DNA of 64,000 bases from Utricularia gibba (taxonomy: Eukaryota > Plantae > Magnoliophyta), in contig NEEC01000004.1 of the NCBI GenBank assembly GCA_002189035.1, positions 4,526,001 through 4,590,000 on the forward strand, in the 5' to 3' direction. The notes beneath the pieces are model-generated. The model was not told the origin of the DNA. It did not search any database and saw only the letters and a list, made by a program, of their open reading frames with translations. The position numbers were made by a program, and so were the translations under genes. Shown here piece by piece: positions 24,744-37,606 of the stretch. Position 1 is the first letter of the stretch, and every line of letters begins with the position of its first letter.

Positions 24744-25157
24744 CATGCCAAACTTGTGCGCAAAGTTGGTAGCGAAGGCTTGCGCTTTGATAACGACCAA
24801 GGGAGGTTTCTAGGGAAGGAAGCTCGAGGAATGGTGGTTGTTCCTTTGTGTGTTTCGAAGGTGCAAAAAAAAGGGGATGAGAAGAAGCCTGTTTCATCCA
24901 TCTTTTTTGGTTGTATGGACGGAAAAAGGGGGAGAATGATTTGAATGCGCACGACACCCGAGAATCAAAGTTGGCAATGGGTGAAAACTGTGTTGGACTC
25001 TTTCTGGTAAAAGGAATGGAGACGAACACACACAGACGCCTTGGAACCTTATGGCCTCTCTGCTGGGTCCTTGTCTCTCCAGTTTCTCACACCAACATGG
25101 AGAACAGCGCCGCATCGGCCACTTCCTCCTCCCGGGTCGGATCCGGATTCAAACAAC

Positions 25158-25680
25158 ACGAACAAACACCCCCACAAGATGTCATCCAAAATATTGTATT
25201 TGATAGATATATTTACACGTGTTAAAATACTAACAAAAAAGTGAGTTTTGATTATTTATTTTCTATATGTAAGGCAGCAGGTTAAATAATGGTATCCTAC
25301 CTTAATTACAAATGAGGAAGATGATATGATTGAATAAATTGATCATACTAATCTTGTATACTATTTTTTTTTGAAAAAATATAAAATTTTGAGAGTTGAG
25401 TATACAAAACGAACCATATTGTAGAAACGAACAAACACCCCCACAAGATGTCATCCAAAATATTGTATTTGATATATTGTATTTCCATGTGTTAAAATAC
25501 TAACAAAAAAACCTCTATAACTAAAATCAGGGGCCAAATGACGGTATCTCAGTTATAAATGGAGGAATCAATGTCTTTAAATAAAAATATATTATTAATC
25601 TTACATGATTATTTTTTTTGAAAAAAATAATATAAACCATGAAAATTAAATATTCAAAACGAACAATATTATAAAAGTAA
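25158..25680. repeat. About 270-bp tandem duplication
   Basis: acgaacaaacacccccacaagatgtcatccaaaatattgtatttgata...tgttaaaatactaacaaaaaa occurs at 25158-25240 and 25427-25510, nearly identical. The second halves are more diverged but share ggtatc...taatctt...tttttttgaaaaaa...caaaacgaac. Confidence 0.85.
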
Positions 25681-25865
25681 AACGTTAATGGTTACATTAA
25701 ATATATCAAGAAAAAAGAAATAATTTTTTTATAGTAGAGACAAATAACAACACTACATGAACAAAAAATATAATAATCATATAAACACAGACAATAATTA
25801 AAAATCGCAATATTGTATTATAAATAAAAGAATTATAATATTTTATTCCAAATACTATGGTATTA

Positions 25866-26033
25866 ATAATACGTTTGATACATTAATAAATTATATTAGG
25901 AATAAAATAAAATATATAAATATTTTTATATAAAAAATAAATATATAACAATATAATTTTATTTTAATACTTATACTCTCATTATTTTATATTCTATTCA
26001 TAGAATACAATTTATCCCATCTATCAAATATCA
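25866..26033. mobile_element. Degenerate Tourist-like MITE (relative of the 61.6 kb element)
   Basis: The left end atacgtttgatacattaataaatt and the reverse complement of the right end atgatatttgatagatgggataaatt resemble each other and the TIRs at 61596/61799. No TSD could be resolved. Confidence 0.45.
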
Positions 26034-28333
26034 TGTTTTACTTTTATTATTTAATTATTCTTCTTTATATTTTATATGAAACACACTCTTAATTATATTC
26101 ATGGAGAACATATAAAAAAATACTATAAAAATATTATCACTCAAAATAGTCAATTCTAAATCACAAAAAAGTTGAATTTTTAAAATGTAGCCCCAAATCA
26201 ATTGAATTGGATGTACTAAATAGTGGATTAAAATTAAGCTTTAAATTTTACTCCAATAAAATTTTTTATGTAATATAAATAATTAAAATATTATATTATA
26301 TCAGTTAATTGTTCGTTATTACTATGAATTTAATTATTTTTATTCTTCTAAAATATGAACCATCTCATGAGCTTACTGGGCCCAGTTGGACGAGTAGAGG
26401 AGTGCCATGATGGGCCAACCAGGTGGCTAGCCCATTAAAAGCAGCCCATACAATAAAAAAGAAAGCCCACTAAATTCCAAGGAAAACGATGGGTACCCGA
26501 AGAGTTTGAAACCGACGTCATCACTTGTTTGGTTGGACATTACATCAAACATCCTACAAATTCATTATCATTTCGAATGATTTAAATATCATATTGTATA
26601 CAACAGTTATCTTAATGACGGTTAGGTAATTAGTGTTATTACACTACCAACAATGATTTTGAGTCAAATATCCCATCGTTTTTAATACGTTTATTTACCT
26701 CTTTAAACATGTATTGGTTTGGTAGACATATTCTCCCATACACATGTAATTTGTAATATGCTGACATAGACTTTACAACTATGTTTTATTAAAATTATAG
26801 GTGATTTTTCTTATAAATACATATATCGTTCATAATAGCATTTTAAACATATATTTGTAAATATTAGCTACCAAAAATACTTCTAATTATAACCATATAA
26901 CATGTTTTTATCTAACTATAATTAATCTAAATATATTATTAATTAAATTATTTTAATAAAAAGTGTTTGAAAAGTCGAATGAGTTTATTTTAGGTAAACA
27001 AATAATGAGGTTATAACAAATGATTTATAAATATATGTGTGTACAAACTAAACATATTCAATATAATTTTTTTATTTTTGTAATAAAATATTTGTTTTTT
27101 GTACGATATTATATGTTTTAATCATTAAAATCTTACTATTCACACTAATCTTATATAAAGATATCATTTGCTTTCATTGGACAACAGCTAGATGGTATGT
27201 GGGTGGGTGGTTTACATTTCCGGAAAAATATCTCATACAAAATTCAATTTTTTTTATAAGATAAGATTACTACATATACGACATTATGGGATATAAATGG
27301 ACATTCCCCGAATTTTGAAATTAGCATCTTGTGGGGTGGGTGGTTTGCTTCCATTGGACAACAGCTTTTCCTTTGGTGACTGGCTGGAGCTGAAGTATGG
27401 AGCTTTTTCGCCTTTAAACTGTGTGGTTGCTTAAAGCTTTGGCCTTTATATTATGTGGATAAAATTTCATGTCTCTCGGCCTGTTTTTGTCTCATTATGA
27501 GTTCACCGGCATCCGCACCCCTTTTCACCCCCAACAAATTCCTTTCTTCCTTATCAGAATTTCCTCGCTGTCATACATATGCTTGATCATTCTTTGTCCC
27601 CGCACCGCTACAGTCACTAAAATCATCTGTTTTCTTAAATGATTTGGTTCATAGTCGCGGTGTTTTGATTGCACGACGCTTTTTGGGTGTAAAATTTGGA
27701 TCTTTTGGGTTGGAGGGATGGAAGGGAGGAGGAAATGGGGAAGCTTGGGAGACGTTGTAGGTGGGTGAAGAGAAGCAAGGAACGATAGAGGTGTCATAGA
27801 TATATAGGAATCTTTCCTTTTCGCTTTCCAGTTCATTTTTAACATCCCCCGATGAGTTCAGCAGTTAGCAGAACTTTACACTGTGCTACCATGTGACGGC
27901 TCGGGACCATTTGCTCCCTTGCCTTCCAAATTTTCATACAAAGAAACAAACGTCTTCTTCTGTGATGAACAAAATCGCTGGACTGGACTGGTCAATCGAC
28001 TCCCCCAGGTCCCAAATCCCTTTACCTGTTCCCCGCAACCTTTGCCCAAGTCTTCTGCTTCACTGCTTCTTCTCTCAAACACCTTAAAAGCTCGAGATTC
28101 CTTGGCTTCTTTATTGCAACAATGCCCTCTACCTGTTCTTCAAGTCTCCGAGGTTTGGTTTCGGGTTCTTGCGTTAACGATCTCTGGGAGGTGCGCTTTG
28201 GAACCCTGAAGCCAAACTTGTTTTGCTTCTTGGTGGGATGTTGAAATCGGTTTGGTAGAATTCGTTTTGTATTAAAGATCTGATTTTTTGGGGGCGGTTG
28301 GAGATCTGGGAATTTTCTTTTGCCGTTGAACAG

Positions 28334-29224
28334 ATGAGGGACTTTCCTTCTTGTTTTGGGGAAAACGGGGTTCAGGTTGCGGATGCCTCCTGTTCAGTTG
28401 GCGTGGGCAGAGCTTCACAAAACTCTGCTACCTCCGTTTTTTGCTGCAAGTTACTGGGAAAATCATGTTTGATCAGCATCATCTGGAGCAAGAATTTGAT
28501 GGGGCAATGTCTGAGTGTCGAAATAGAAGATTCATCGCATCAATGCATCTTTAAAGTAGACGTAAAGCCTTCCCTGTTCTCCAAGCGAAAAGGGTCCAAG
28601 AGTTTAGAAGTCAACTCACGAAGAATCGAAATCTTCTGGGATGTTTCCATGGCGAAGTTCGGATCCGGGCCGGAGCCAATCGATGGATACTACATAGCGG
28701 TTGTTTCCAAAGGGGAGATGGTTTTGCTGGTTGGAGATCTGAGAAGAGAAGCCTTCAAGAAAACAGGAGCAGTTTCGTTTCTCCCCATACAAGCACCCTT
28801 CATTTCAAAAAGAGAACACATCTCAGGGAAAAGAGTATACTGCACCAAAGCTCAGTTTTCCGGTAATGGAAGATTTCATGATCTCAGAATCGAGTGTGAC
28901 CCCAGCTCAACTCAAGATCCAATACTTGTTGTCCGAATTGATTCCAAAACAGTCATCCAAATCAAGCATCTGCAATGGAACTTTCGTGGGAATTGCTTGA
29001 TCAGGATAGATGGTATCCCTGTCGAAGTGTTCTGGGATGTGCATAACTGGTTGTTTGGACCTTGTCTGGGAAATGCAGTTTTCCTGTTCCATTCAGACAA
29101 GGCATGCAATAGCCAGCAGTTCCACGATGAGTTGGACGACCGGAGCTTCTCCCAAAGCTTCAGGGAAGCTAAGCTTTCAGGCTTCGGCTTCTCCTTGATC
29201 TTATATGCTTGGAAGAATGAATAG
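28334..29224 (+). CDS. DUF868 family plant protein (intronless)
   Basis: MRDFPSCFGENGVQVAD, SIIWSKNLMGQCLSV, KRKGSKS, IFWDVSMAKFGSGPEPIDGYYIAVV, KHLQWNFRGN, VEVFWDVHNWLF, GFSLILYAWKNE*. Confidence 0.93.
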   Translation: MRDFPSCFGENGVQVADASCSVGVGRASQNSATSVFCCKLLGKSCLISIIWSKNLMGQCLSVEIEDSSHQCIFKVDVKPSLFSKRKGSKSLEVNSRRIEIFWDVSMAKFGSGPEPIDGYYIAVVSKGEMVLLVGDLRREAFKKTGAVSFLPIQAPFISKREHISGKRVYCTKAQFSGNGRFHDLRIECDPSSTQDPILVVRIDSKTVIQIKHLQWNFRGNCLIRIDGIPVEVFWDVHNWLFGPCLGNAVFLFHSDKACNSQQFHDELDDRSFSQSFREAKLSGFGFSLILYAWKNE

Positions 29225-30651
29225 TTTGTGTTGGCGTATAAAAATTCTTTGTGATCATACCTTTTTTGAACTTGGGATTTATGTTTTGATGTCTGAGTTA
29301 TGGACCTCTGCTGTAAACTTCACAATTTTTCAAGAATCCCTGTGCAATATGCGATATGAGGCATCTCTCTATAGCAGCAGCAGCAACAAGAACCCTTTTC
29401 CAAATGTGTAGAATTTCTGCAACTCTCATACACAAATACAGTACTTAGCCTATGTTTTCATGTCTCTGATTCTGATTCAAGTTTCTCTTCTTGATATGTG
29501 GAGAAACATTCTCTGCTTTGAGGATGTTCTTCATCCCATCCATTCCATTTGGGTTTCAAGGAAGAGATGACTGGAATATGTGATGCATGGGGCTTCCATT
29601 GCTTCAGAAGAGATGATCAGAGACTAGACACAAACTCTGCAGAACAAGATTAATGGAGAGCGGGTGTTAATGCCCATGAATTCACCACATTTCAATGGGC
29701 TTTCTGCCATGTTCAACTGAAACTAATCCTGCAAAGATTTGTGAAGATGCTTCGTTTCAACAGCTTTTTTCTGAACAACAATATTTAGGATGGCTGCTTC
29801 GTTTCGTTTCTGATGCTACATGCTTCTTCATCGAGGTTCAAACCATGTTTTACCATTTCTACCATTCAACTTGACCCTCCTCTCTGCACACCAAACCCCG
29901 GGAAAAAAGCAGTCATCTACCTGCAGACAGACGAAGGCAATGAAATGGGAACAGGCCATTAATTTAAGCAAAGTCAGCTATCTAATCCGGTCAATAGCCA
30001 TTGTGCATAGGGGGCATTTCAATTGCTTTTCCATTCAGATGATCTCAAAAGCGCGCCCACCGGACTGCAACTCAGATCGAACAGCAAGAAGCCGCGTTGC
30101 GCCATGGACCCACCTCATCATCATCAACAACCCATCCCCAAGCTTTTGTTTTGAGGCAAGCAAGTGGAATAGGCGCCACCCAGAGGCAGCTGGGTCTGGA
30201 CAAAGCACACGTATTGAAAAATGTACGAATTCTGATACAGAAAAAGGACAAGGCATTGATGAGTGTCCGGACCTTGTGCTGGTAGATTTGGCGAATATGG
30301 AACAGGACAACACGTATGGTGTGAAGAAAGACTTTTTTTCTGTCCTAAGAGTTGAAGAGAAAAGGGGAGAAATATGTATACACTTCTTTACAGAGAGGAA
30401 TGTTCAGAGGAGATCATGAAACCAACAAACGCATTTGCCGATATAGCAAATGCACTTTCTGTCCGAATCCGGATTCCCCAATTCACGACCGCCCGTCATC
30501 GACTTTGCTACGCCGATAGCCGTCGTCGAGTTAGCATGTCTCAAGGTAGCCTTGTGCGATCAGGGTTCGATGTTCTCTCAGGCTGCCATATACTTGAAAT
30601 GTCATTTCCTTGTCAACAAGCACCCATAAACTAAAGCTCTCCGTTTTTCAA

Positions 30652-33600
30652 CTAACCTGGAGGCTGCTTCTGGTCGTTAGGTTTCACCGGGACGGCCGCC
30701 GGGACCGGATGGAGATACGAAAAACCGGCAGGCAATACAGTCCCGGTAGATTGAGCAGGATACTGTGATGCATTCAGCCTGCCATGGGATTGCGACCCTC
30801 CACCCTTAGCATTAGCTACAATTGCCTTGGCAGGATCACTTGTTACGGCTCCAGCAAATGGAGAGTTCAATGACAGCATCCCACCTGGCATCGATCCGGA
30901 TGTAGATGGTGGTGGAGTCTGCTGGTTATCTGAGCGTCTGTGGGAAATATGACCTCCGGCCCCAGGGCTAGAAGTGGCTGAGTTTGTGCTGGTAGAATGC
31001 TGGGACTGGGACTGGGACTGCATATATGGATTAGGGAAGACGAGTTGCGCATACTTCTTTCCTCCACTGTTCCCCGATGAAGCCATCTGAAGACTTCCAG
31101 CAACTGATGCCGACTTCTGGGTTGTGATGGATGGTGGATTCTTGGACGGCTGCACCGACGGCATTGTGGTCTGACCAATTTTGCAACCTGTTAACGCCGA
31201 TGTAGCCATCCGTGGGCTTCCGCTGGCACCTTTCGACACATTAGACGCTGTAGGAGATCCAACCATCATGGGTGTTGAAAAGGGAGGAGGTTGGTTGGAA
31301 GCGGGAGCAGCCTGTCCTTGACCTGCAGATAGTCCTTTCTGATTACCGCCAAAAGATATCTGAGTGAGCACAGGGGGTTGAGACGCGCGTGCATGCTGCT
31401 GTGGAAGATTCTTAAGTGCAGCCACAGACGGAGGAGGAGCAAGAGATGATGGAGCTTGAGAGGTTGATGTTTTCAAAGAATTTTTCCAATGAGACTGCTG
31501 CTGATGATTCGGGCTCCCAGACCTGCTCTGAACCTGATTCTGAAGACCAAACCCAGAGAGTCCACTTCGAAACTTGGATGGAGATGAGCTCAGATCAGAA
31601 TAACCAACGCCATTGCCTGTCAAAGACCCCTTACTCCGGTTAACCGGAGCTGTGGACAGCCTCTGATGCTCCTGCTGCTGCTGAATTTGAGACTGGATAT
31701 TAGCATTAGAGACACTAACGCTGCCCATGGGACGCGAGCTGTTGTGGTTGGCACTTGACAAAACCGGAGATCGACTCGAGCTCTCATTCACAGTGCTCGC
31801 CTGAACCGGAGCAACTGCTACTGAGTCTGGCAACTCTGACCTAGCAAAAGCAATGGAATGGCCAGCACCATGAGCCTTTGCAGCTGCATTTTTCCTGTCA
31901 TCCCCATTGGCTGAAGAATCAAAGCCAGCAGATTTTGCATCCTCCCAGATTTGGAAACTGTTCTTCTGTGCAACCTGCGTAGCAACACTGGCAGCGGCCC
32001 TCATCTCTGCCTGACCAGCAGTGGCTCCATTAATGCTGCCGCTGAAGGACATCGCAAAGCTTGGCGGCAATGATTCTGCACCTGCCTTCAACCCCTGCTG
32101 CTGCCCCTGATAACCTTTCTTCTCCATTTGACGACTGGTAGAGCTCACAGCAGCAGCGCCGCCGCCCAAAGGAGGCGAAGGCGCCGCCGGCATCAAGGTA
32201 AAATTCTGCGGATGCATAGGCTGCACCCCAAGATTCTGACCATACATATTCAACAAACCTCGCGCCGCCCTGCCGTCTTCACCCTCCTGATTCCTCGGCC
32301 TCTGAGGCTGCGCGTACGGATTATGGGACTGTTGCAGCTGCTGAGAAGGGGGGTTCTTCTGGGAGCCAAAATTGTGCAGGTTCATGCTCCCTGTGCCACT
32401 GGAAACACTCTCGTTCGTTGACCGTGACTGCTGGCTTGGCACAAGTTTCTGCGACAAGGAGCTGTTTGAAGCTGCGGCACTGGGCTGAGCTTGAAGCAGC
32501 TGTGCCACATGAGCCGAGGGAGGCTGCTGCATTTGCGAAGGAAGAATCATCTGAGAAGAGTAGAAAGACGACCCGTGGAACAACTGCATTCCCTGAGGTG
32601 GAGCTCCGCGGTAATTAGGAGGCGCGCCGACTACCGGGACAGGAAAAGGGTAAGCATTGTTGGGCAAGATAGCCAAGTACTGAGATTCATTAGCAGCAGC
32701 CATGTTGGGGTAGCTGAAGCTCATAGTAGCAGACGCAGATGATGGGGCTGATGGAGGACCATTTGGGGCCGATGACTTTGCTGCCGGAGGCCGAGCTCCT
32801 GCAACACCTGGTGGTGGTTGTTGATTCAAAGGAAATATGAAAGCCGGACCCTGTGATAAGGCAGATTGGACGCTCACCAGCTTAGAAACAGCGAAAAGAT
32901 TCAGTGAAGGATGAAAACAGAGAAAGCTTGAGATTCATACCAGCAAACTACCAGCTGCTACTGGGGGCAAAGCTTGCTGAATCAGAATCTGCTGCTTCCT
33001 CGAATCGACCTGCGCAGATGAACCTGCAGCTTGACCAGTTTTCTCCTTTCCATTGTTGGGCACACTACTAACGCTGTTTCCCTTGTCCACTGAATTATTA
33101 TACGCAGCGGCAGCAGCAGCAGCAGGAGCAGTTCTGAGGGATAAGTTTCCACCTTGTTGATCTGAAGCAGGGATCGGATTAACATTGCAAGATTTTGACC
33201 CAAATAACGAAGCTGCACCAGGCGATCCTGCCCAGAAAGGGTTCATCTTCATGAACTGTTGCAAAAATTGAATATTCCTAGCGATATGGCAATGAGTCGC
33301 GCAGCGCTTCGGCCGTGGCTGTGACATCAATGGCTACAGAGAGAAACAACCATCAAAGGAGAAATAGCGAAGAAAAGCAGGAGGGCAAACAGAGAAGAAA
33401 TGCGTGAAACTTGTACCTGTAAATGTGGCTGAGCAACCGAGCTTCCATCCATCGACAAGACCCCTTGCAAAGGTGCCATGTATCTGAAAAACAGTAACTT
33501 TTACACAGATTCACAGCTACTTTCAGTGAATAGAAAACAGACATACCCCACCGGAGGTGCCCCACTCGGCCAACTAGCCATAGACAATGGCAAAGGCACT

Positions 33601-36042
33601 GCGACTGCTGATGGTCCTGACAATAAAAATTCTTCAGTTTCCTCCATATCCAAACCCACAAGAAAGAAAGAAAGGAAGACTGTACCGGATTTATCTTCTT
33701 CCTTGGAAGCCTTGAACTGCATCTGCTGTTGAGTTTGCTTAGAAGTAGCATTCTGCAGCGATTTGTGGCGAACGGAGTTGGCTTTTCTTTCAGACTTCTC
33801 CAAGTCGAGCTGTAAATCGACGACTCTGACCTTGCCATCAACTCTCTTTTGAGAGTCACCAACTTCCATGGGCTCTTTAGCAGTCTCTTCGTCAGCCTCA
33901 GCGTACTCTTTAACTTTCCTCGGTGCCTGGAATGATTTGTGGAGATTGAAAAGATGATAAAGAGGAGAAATTCAAAACCAAAACTGAACTATCAGCACAT
34001 ACTGTAGAATCCATGGACAGAACAAGCTTGGGATTTACTGCACTCGCCATGGACCCATCTGGGGATTCTCTTTCCGGAGAAGATCTCATCTGTGGCGGCG
34101 GAGCCTACAGAAATTCCGATAAAAACACAGATCGAAGAGGGGTGAAGAAATGACTAAACATCCCAAAACACACTCACCATGAGATCAATTTGGAACTTGG
34201 AATCCTTTGGATTTTCCTTCTCCGCTGCCGCTAAAATCCTGCAAAAATCAACACCAAAAATGCTGAAAAAAATCAAATGATTGACTTCCAAGACTGAAGA
34301 TTTTTTCTCATTCTACATTAAACAAAAAACTCACGTCGTCGACTGTGAATCCTTGACAACACCCTCCTCTCTCGTTGCCAGGGAATCTTCTTTCTCCTTT
34401 GCTGAGCTGCTTGCCTCAATCTTCCCCGCAAAATCTACCCTTTCTTTAGCGCTTTCCCTGAAATCGGAATCCATCTTGCTAGATTCCAATGGCTTCGTCT
34501 CCAGAAGTTCGTGTGAATCCAGAGAAACTCCCCCATTTCATTTCCATTTTCTGAATTCCCTTTTTCCGGAGGGGATGAAACCTCGGCCTTTACTTGTTGA
34601 TCTGCAGTTGGGCAGCTCCGGTTTCCGTAACTAAAGCTATCAGGCACTTGCCTCGGCCGCTTCCGTTTTGGAGCTGCAGCAGAGCTTCAGAAATCAACAA
34701 ATCGGAAAAGGGAATGCAAAAATATCAAGAAAAATCTGAACCCTCACCGACGATAGAAAGTGCATTAGAATGAGCTCCCATGGACGGATAACTCGGATTA
34801 GACGAATTAGAAATTGGTGATGAGTTCCTCGATTTGGTGTCGACTGTGGATCTGTTAGCTTCTCTGGTTTCCTCTCTTTTGGATGAAGGCCCATGCGACT
34901 GTGTCATCAATCCGTACAGAACTTCGGCGATTTCAATCTCTAGCTCCTCTGGATTCGATGAATTAGGCTTTGAAGATGCTTTCGGCGGTTTTGGCTTCGG
35001 GCCACCGGCGGTGTTCGCGTTTGTTTTCTACGGGTGGAGAAAAACTTGTGAGAAAGGGGTGAACAGAAAAATCTACCCAAAAAGAAAGTGTCTGCAACAC
35101 TGACAAGTTTCTTTGCGTTGGAGGTAGGGGAAACTGGAGCCGCCGCTGACGGCGACGGCACAGAACCGTGTATAGCCGGAGAGCCAGAATCTTGCCGGAA
35201 GGCTTGCTCCCGGCCGGAAGCTGCTCCCCCACTGTTGTTATTGCTGCTGCTTGAAATCCAATCATTCGACCGCTTCGTAGATGCTGCAAAAAAAGATGAC
35301 GCAGGTCAATGCCAAAATATAAAAACAAAGAAAAAAGTGATTCAGAAATGAGTTGTGTTTCTTTACCAGACCGAGCTTTTCTGGGTACTGAAACACCGAT
35401 CATCTCGTCACCGGGTTTCCAAACCGACGGTGACCGGGAAACCTTGGACGCAGTAGAACCAGGAGGGAAGGTCTTCCGGTGTTGTAGTTGATGATTGTTA
35501 CTCACAATATTGGTATTCTGTCCAAAATTACTACTGTGTTGGTGGTTTTTGAGTCCGCCGCCGTGGTGGTCGGATATGGATCCCACCGACGGTGCCAACA
35601 GCCTGACGCCGGAACCCACCACTGAAGCGGCGTGTTCTTCATCCTCGTCATCGTTGTCACTCTCATCAGAACTTTCATCCCCTGCGATATCGCTTCTGTT
35701 GTTCGTTAGCCTCTCCGCCCTTCTCCTCTTACTCCGATTAGACCTTTCTCTTAAATCTCTTTCTCTTTCCCTCTCACCGTCTCTCTCGCTATCTCGATCT
35801 CGATCTTTCTTCACTCTCTCCCTCAATCTCACAGACTCCTGTAACTCCAACCCCCCATCTTCATCTGCAAAAAAGAAAAAAAAAAAAACTCAAGATGATT
35901 CAAAAAACCAGAAATTGAATCCAGATCTGTGAAACCGCAACCCACCAGGAGAGTCCCTGAGACTGCTCATTCTATGCCTCCTCCGGTTGAAACCATTAGA
36001 GCCTGCAACAGCAGGCCTTCTGGCATCTCTGTTTCTATCCAT
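30652..36042 (-). CDS. TIC: TIME FOR COFFEE circadian regulator; one internal frameshift
   Basis: MDRNRDARR...RRRHRMSSLRDSP, RD/RE repeats, KPGDEMIGVSVPRKARS, ELEIEIAEVLYGL, APKRKRPRQ, FQIDLMAPPP, LQLDLEK, PRPKRCATHCHIARNI, and a 741-aa Q/S/P-rich last large exon. About 11 exons. One G is missing at 34530-34534. It may end at TAG 30652 or splice to a tiny exon ending at 29913. Confidence 0.93.
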
Positions 36043-36247
36043 TCCGTGAATCCACTATCCACGCGAATGAAGAAATCAAAAACCCATACACAGAAAAAGG
36101 AAACTGGAAACCCAGATTTCACTACCCAAAAAATGAATCAAAATAACAATCTTCAATCTTTTCACTCAAGATCCAGAGATGGGTATCAGTCAAGCTCTCT
36201 TCTTTCCTCCTGCAACTCACCCACACTTCTTCTTCCTCCTCCTTACC

Positions 36248-36267
36248 CTCTCTCTCTCTCTCTCTCT
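36248..36267. repeat. (CT)n/(GA)n microsatellite in the TIC leader region
   Basis: ctctctctctctctctctct run about 200 bp upstream of the TIC ATG. Confidence 0.8.
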
Positions 36268-37044
36268 TTCTCTCTGCTCTCTCTCCACTACCTATAAATG
36301 GAGCCCTTTATTTTCTGCTATCTCAATCTCATCATCTCGATTCATATTTCTCCTCTCAGCTATTCCACAGCCATCGTGGAACCCTCAGACGCAGCCGCTT
36401 TGTCACGCAAATGAATCCACTCCGTCCATTCTCCCCTACGATCAACGGCTTACATTTCACGCCTTTCCACCGTGGATTCATCCTCCACCGTTGGATCACG
36501 TCCCCGAACCCCGACGAACAGCAGATATTACCGCAACGTGTCGGTTTTCCACATCCACCTCAATGTCATGTACGGCAACTACTAAATTACCCAATTAATC
36601 ATATTCCCCATGTGTAATCTAATTATTAATTTAAAATAATAATAATAAGAATAAGAATAAGAATAATCTTGGTTATGGCTAAATTAGGAATACTTTAACG
36701 CTTCAAGCATTCACACAAGTCATGTAGAAAGTAGAAACTACCTAATTATCAAAATAATATTAATAATAAGACTAATAATTAATGAGGGCGAATACCGTCA
36801 ATAGCCGGTTGCAGGTGACACCGAAGGGTTGAATCCGCGCAAAGAAATATCAACCGGTCAAATGATTCATTTCCTCATTTATTTTTTCACCTAATAAAAA
36901 CCAAAAGCGAGAAATAAATAAAAAAATTACGACTTTATTCTATTAAAAAATAAAATATAAAGAAATTCACAAGGGGTCTTCCTGCAATAATAATTAATAC
37001 AATAGGGACTGGTATATAATAAACTACTTTTTATAGGCGATCGA

Positions 37045-37606
37045 CACGTGGGCCCCAGTTTGGACGGATGAGATCATGCAGGCGGGATGGTGTGCATATG
37101 CCGCGCCGTTGGATCAGCTGCTGACGTGGAGGCTCGGCAGTTCGTTGGCGCGCCGGTTCGGCGACAGGGGGGTGTGGTCAAATCTCAGATGAATCCAGAC
37201 CGTCGGATCATGTTGACAAACATGCATGCGTTCACTGTCCGGGTGGGAGAGAGTGTGCGGGGCCCGCATTCTTTTTTTTTCTATGTCGAGGGGCTTTATC
37301 TTTATATTCTTTATTATTTTAATATTTTTGGTATTTTATTATTATTAGTCGGTGGGCAAAGTGGGGTTTTCAAACAAGTATTATTTTAATCAAAAGGGTA
37401 CGCTTTCATTTGTCCTCTCAAGCTATTAATAATAATTCGGAAATAATCACATCCTAAATCCGCCACGTAGGACTGGGGGTGGCCCACATCGGGATAGTTG
37501 ACACGAGCGTGGACCAGTTGCTAACCCTGTGGGGAAAAAAAAGGAGAAATCTCATCAGGGGGAGACACGTGTCGCCACCGCAACATGCCATTTTGTGCCA
37601 CGTGGC
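37045..37606. promoter_or_regulatory. G-box/ABRE cluster upstream of TIC
   Basis: CACGTG at 37045 (overlapping GTGGGCCC), GCTGACGTGG at 37120, CCACGTAG at 37463, and the perfect 10-bp palindromes GACACGTGTC (37564) and GCCACGTGGC (37597). Confidence 0.6.

Noticed and set aside
29820-30419. 199-aa + strand ORF downstream of TIC
   Set aside because: It probably begins at a non-ATG start, has no recognisable domain, and lies in the TIC 3' UTR/intron region.
37481-37491. USE-like GGCCCACATCG suggesting a second snRNA gene
   Set aside because: No TATA at snRNA spacing and no snRNA sequence downstream; better explained as a TCP-type GGCCCAC site.
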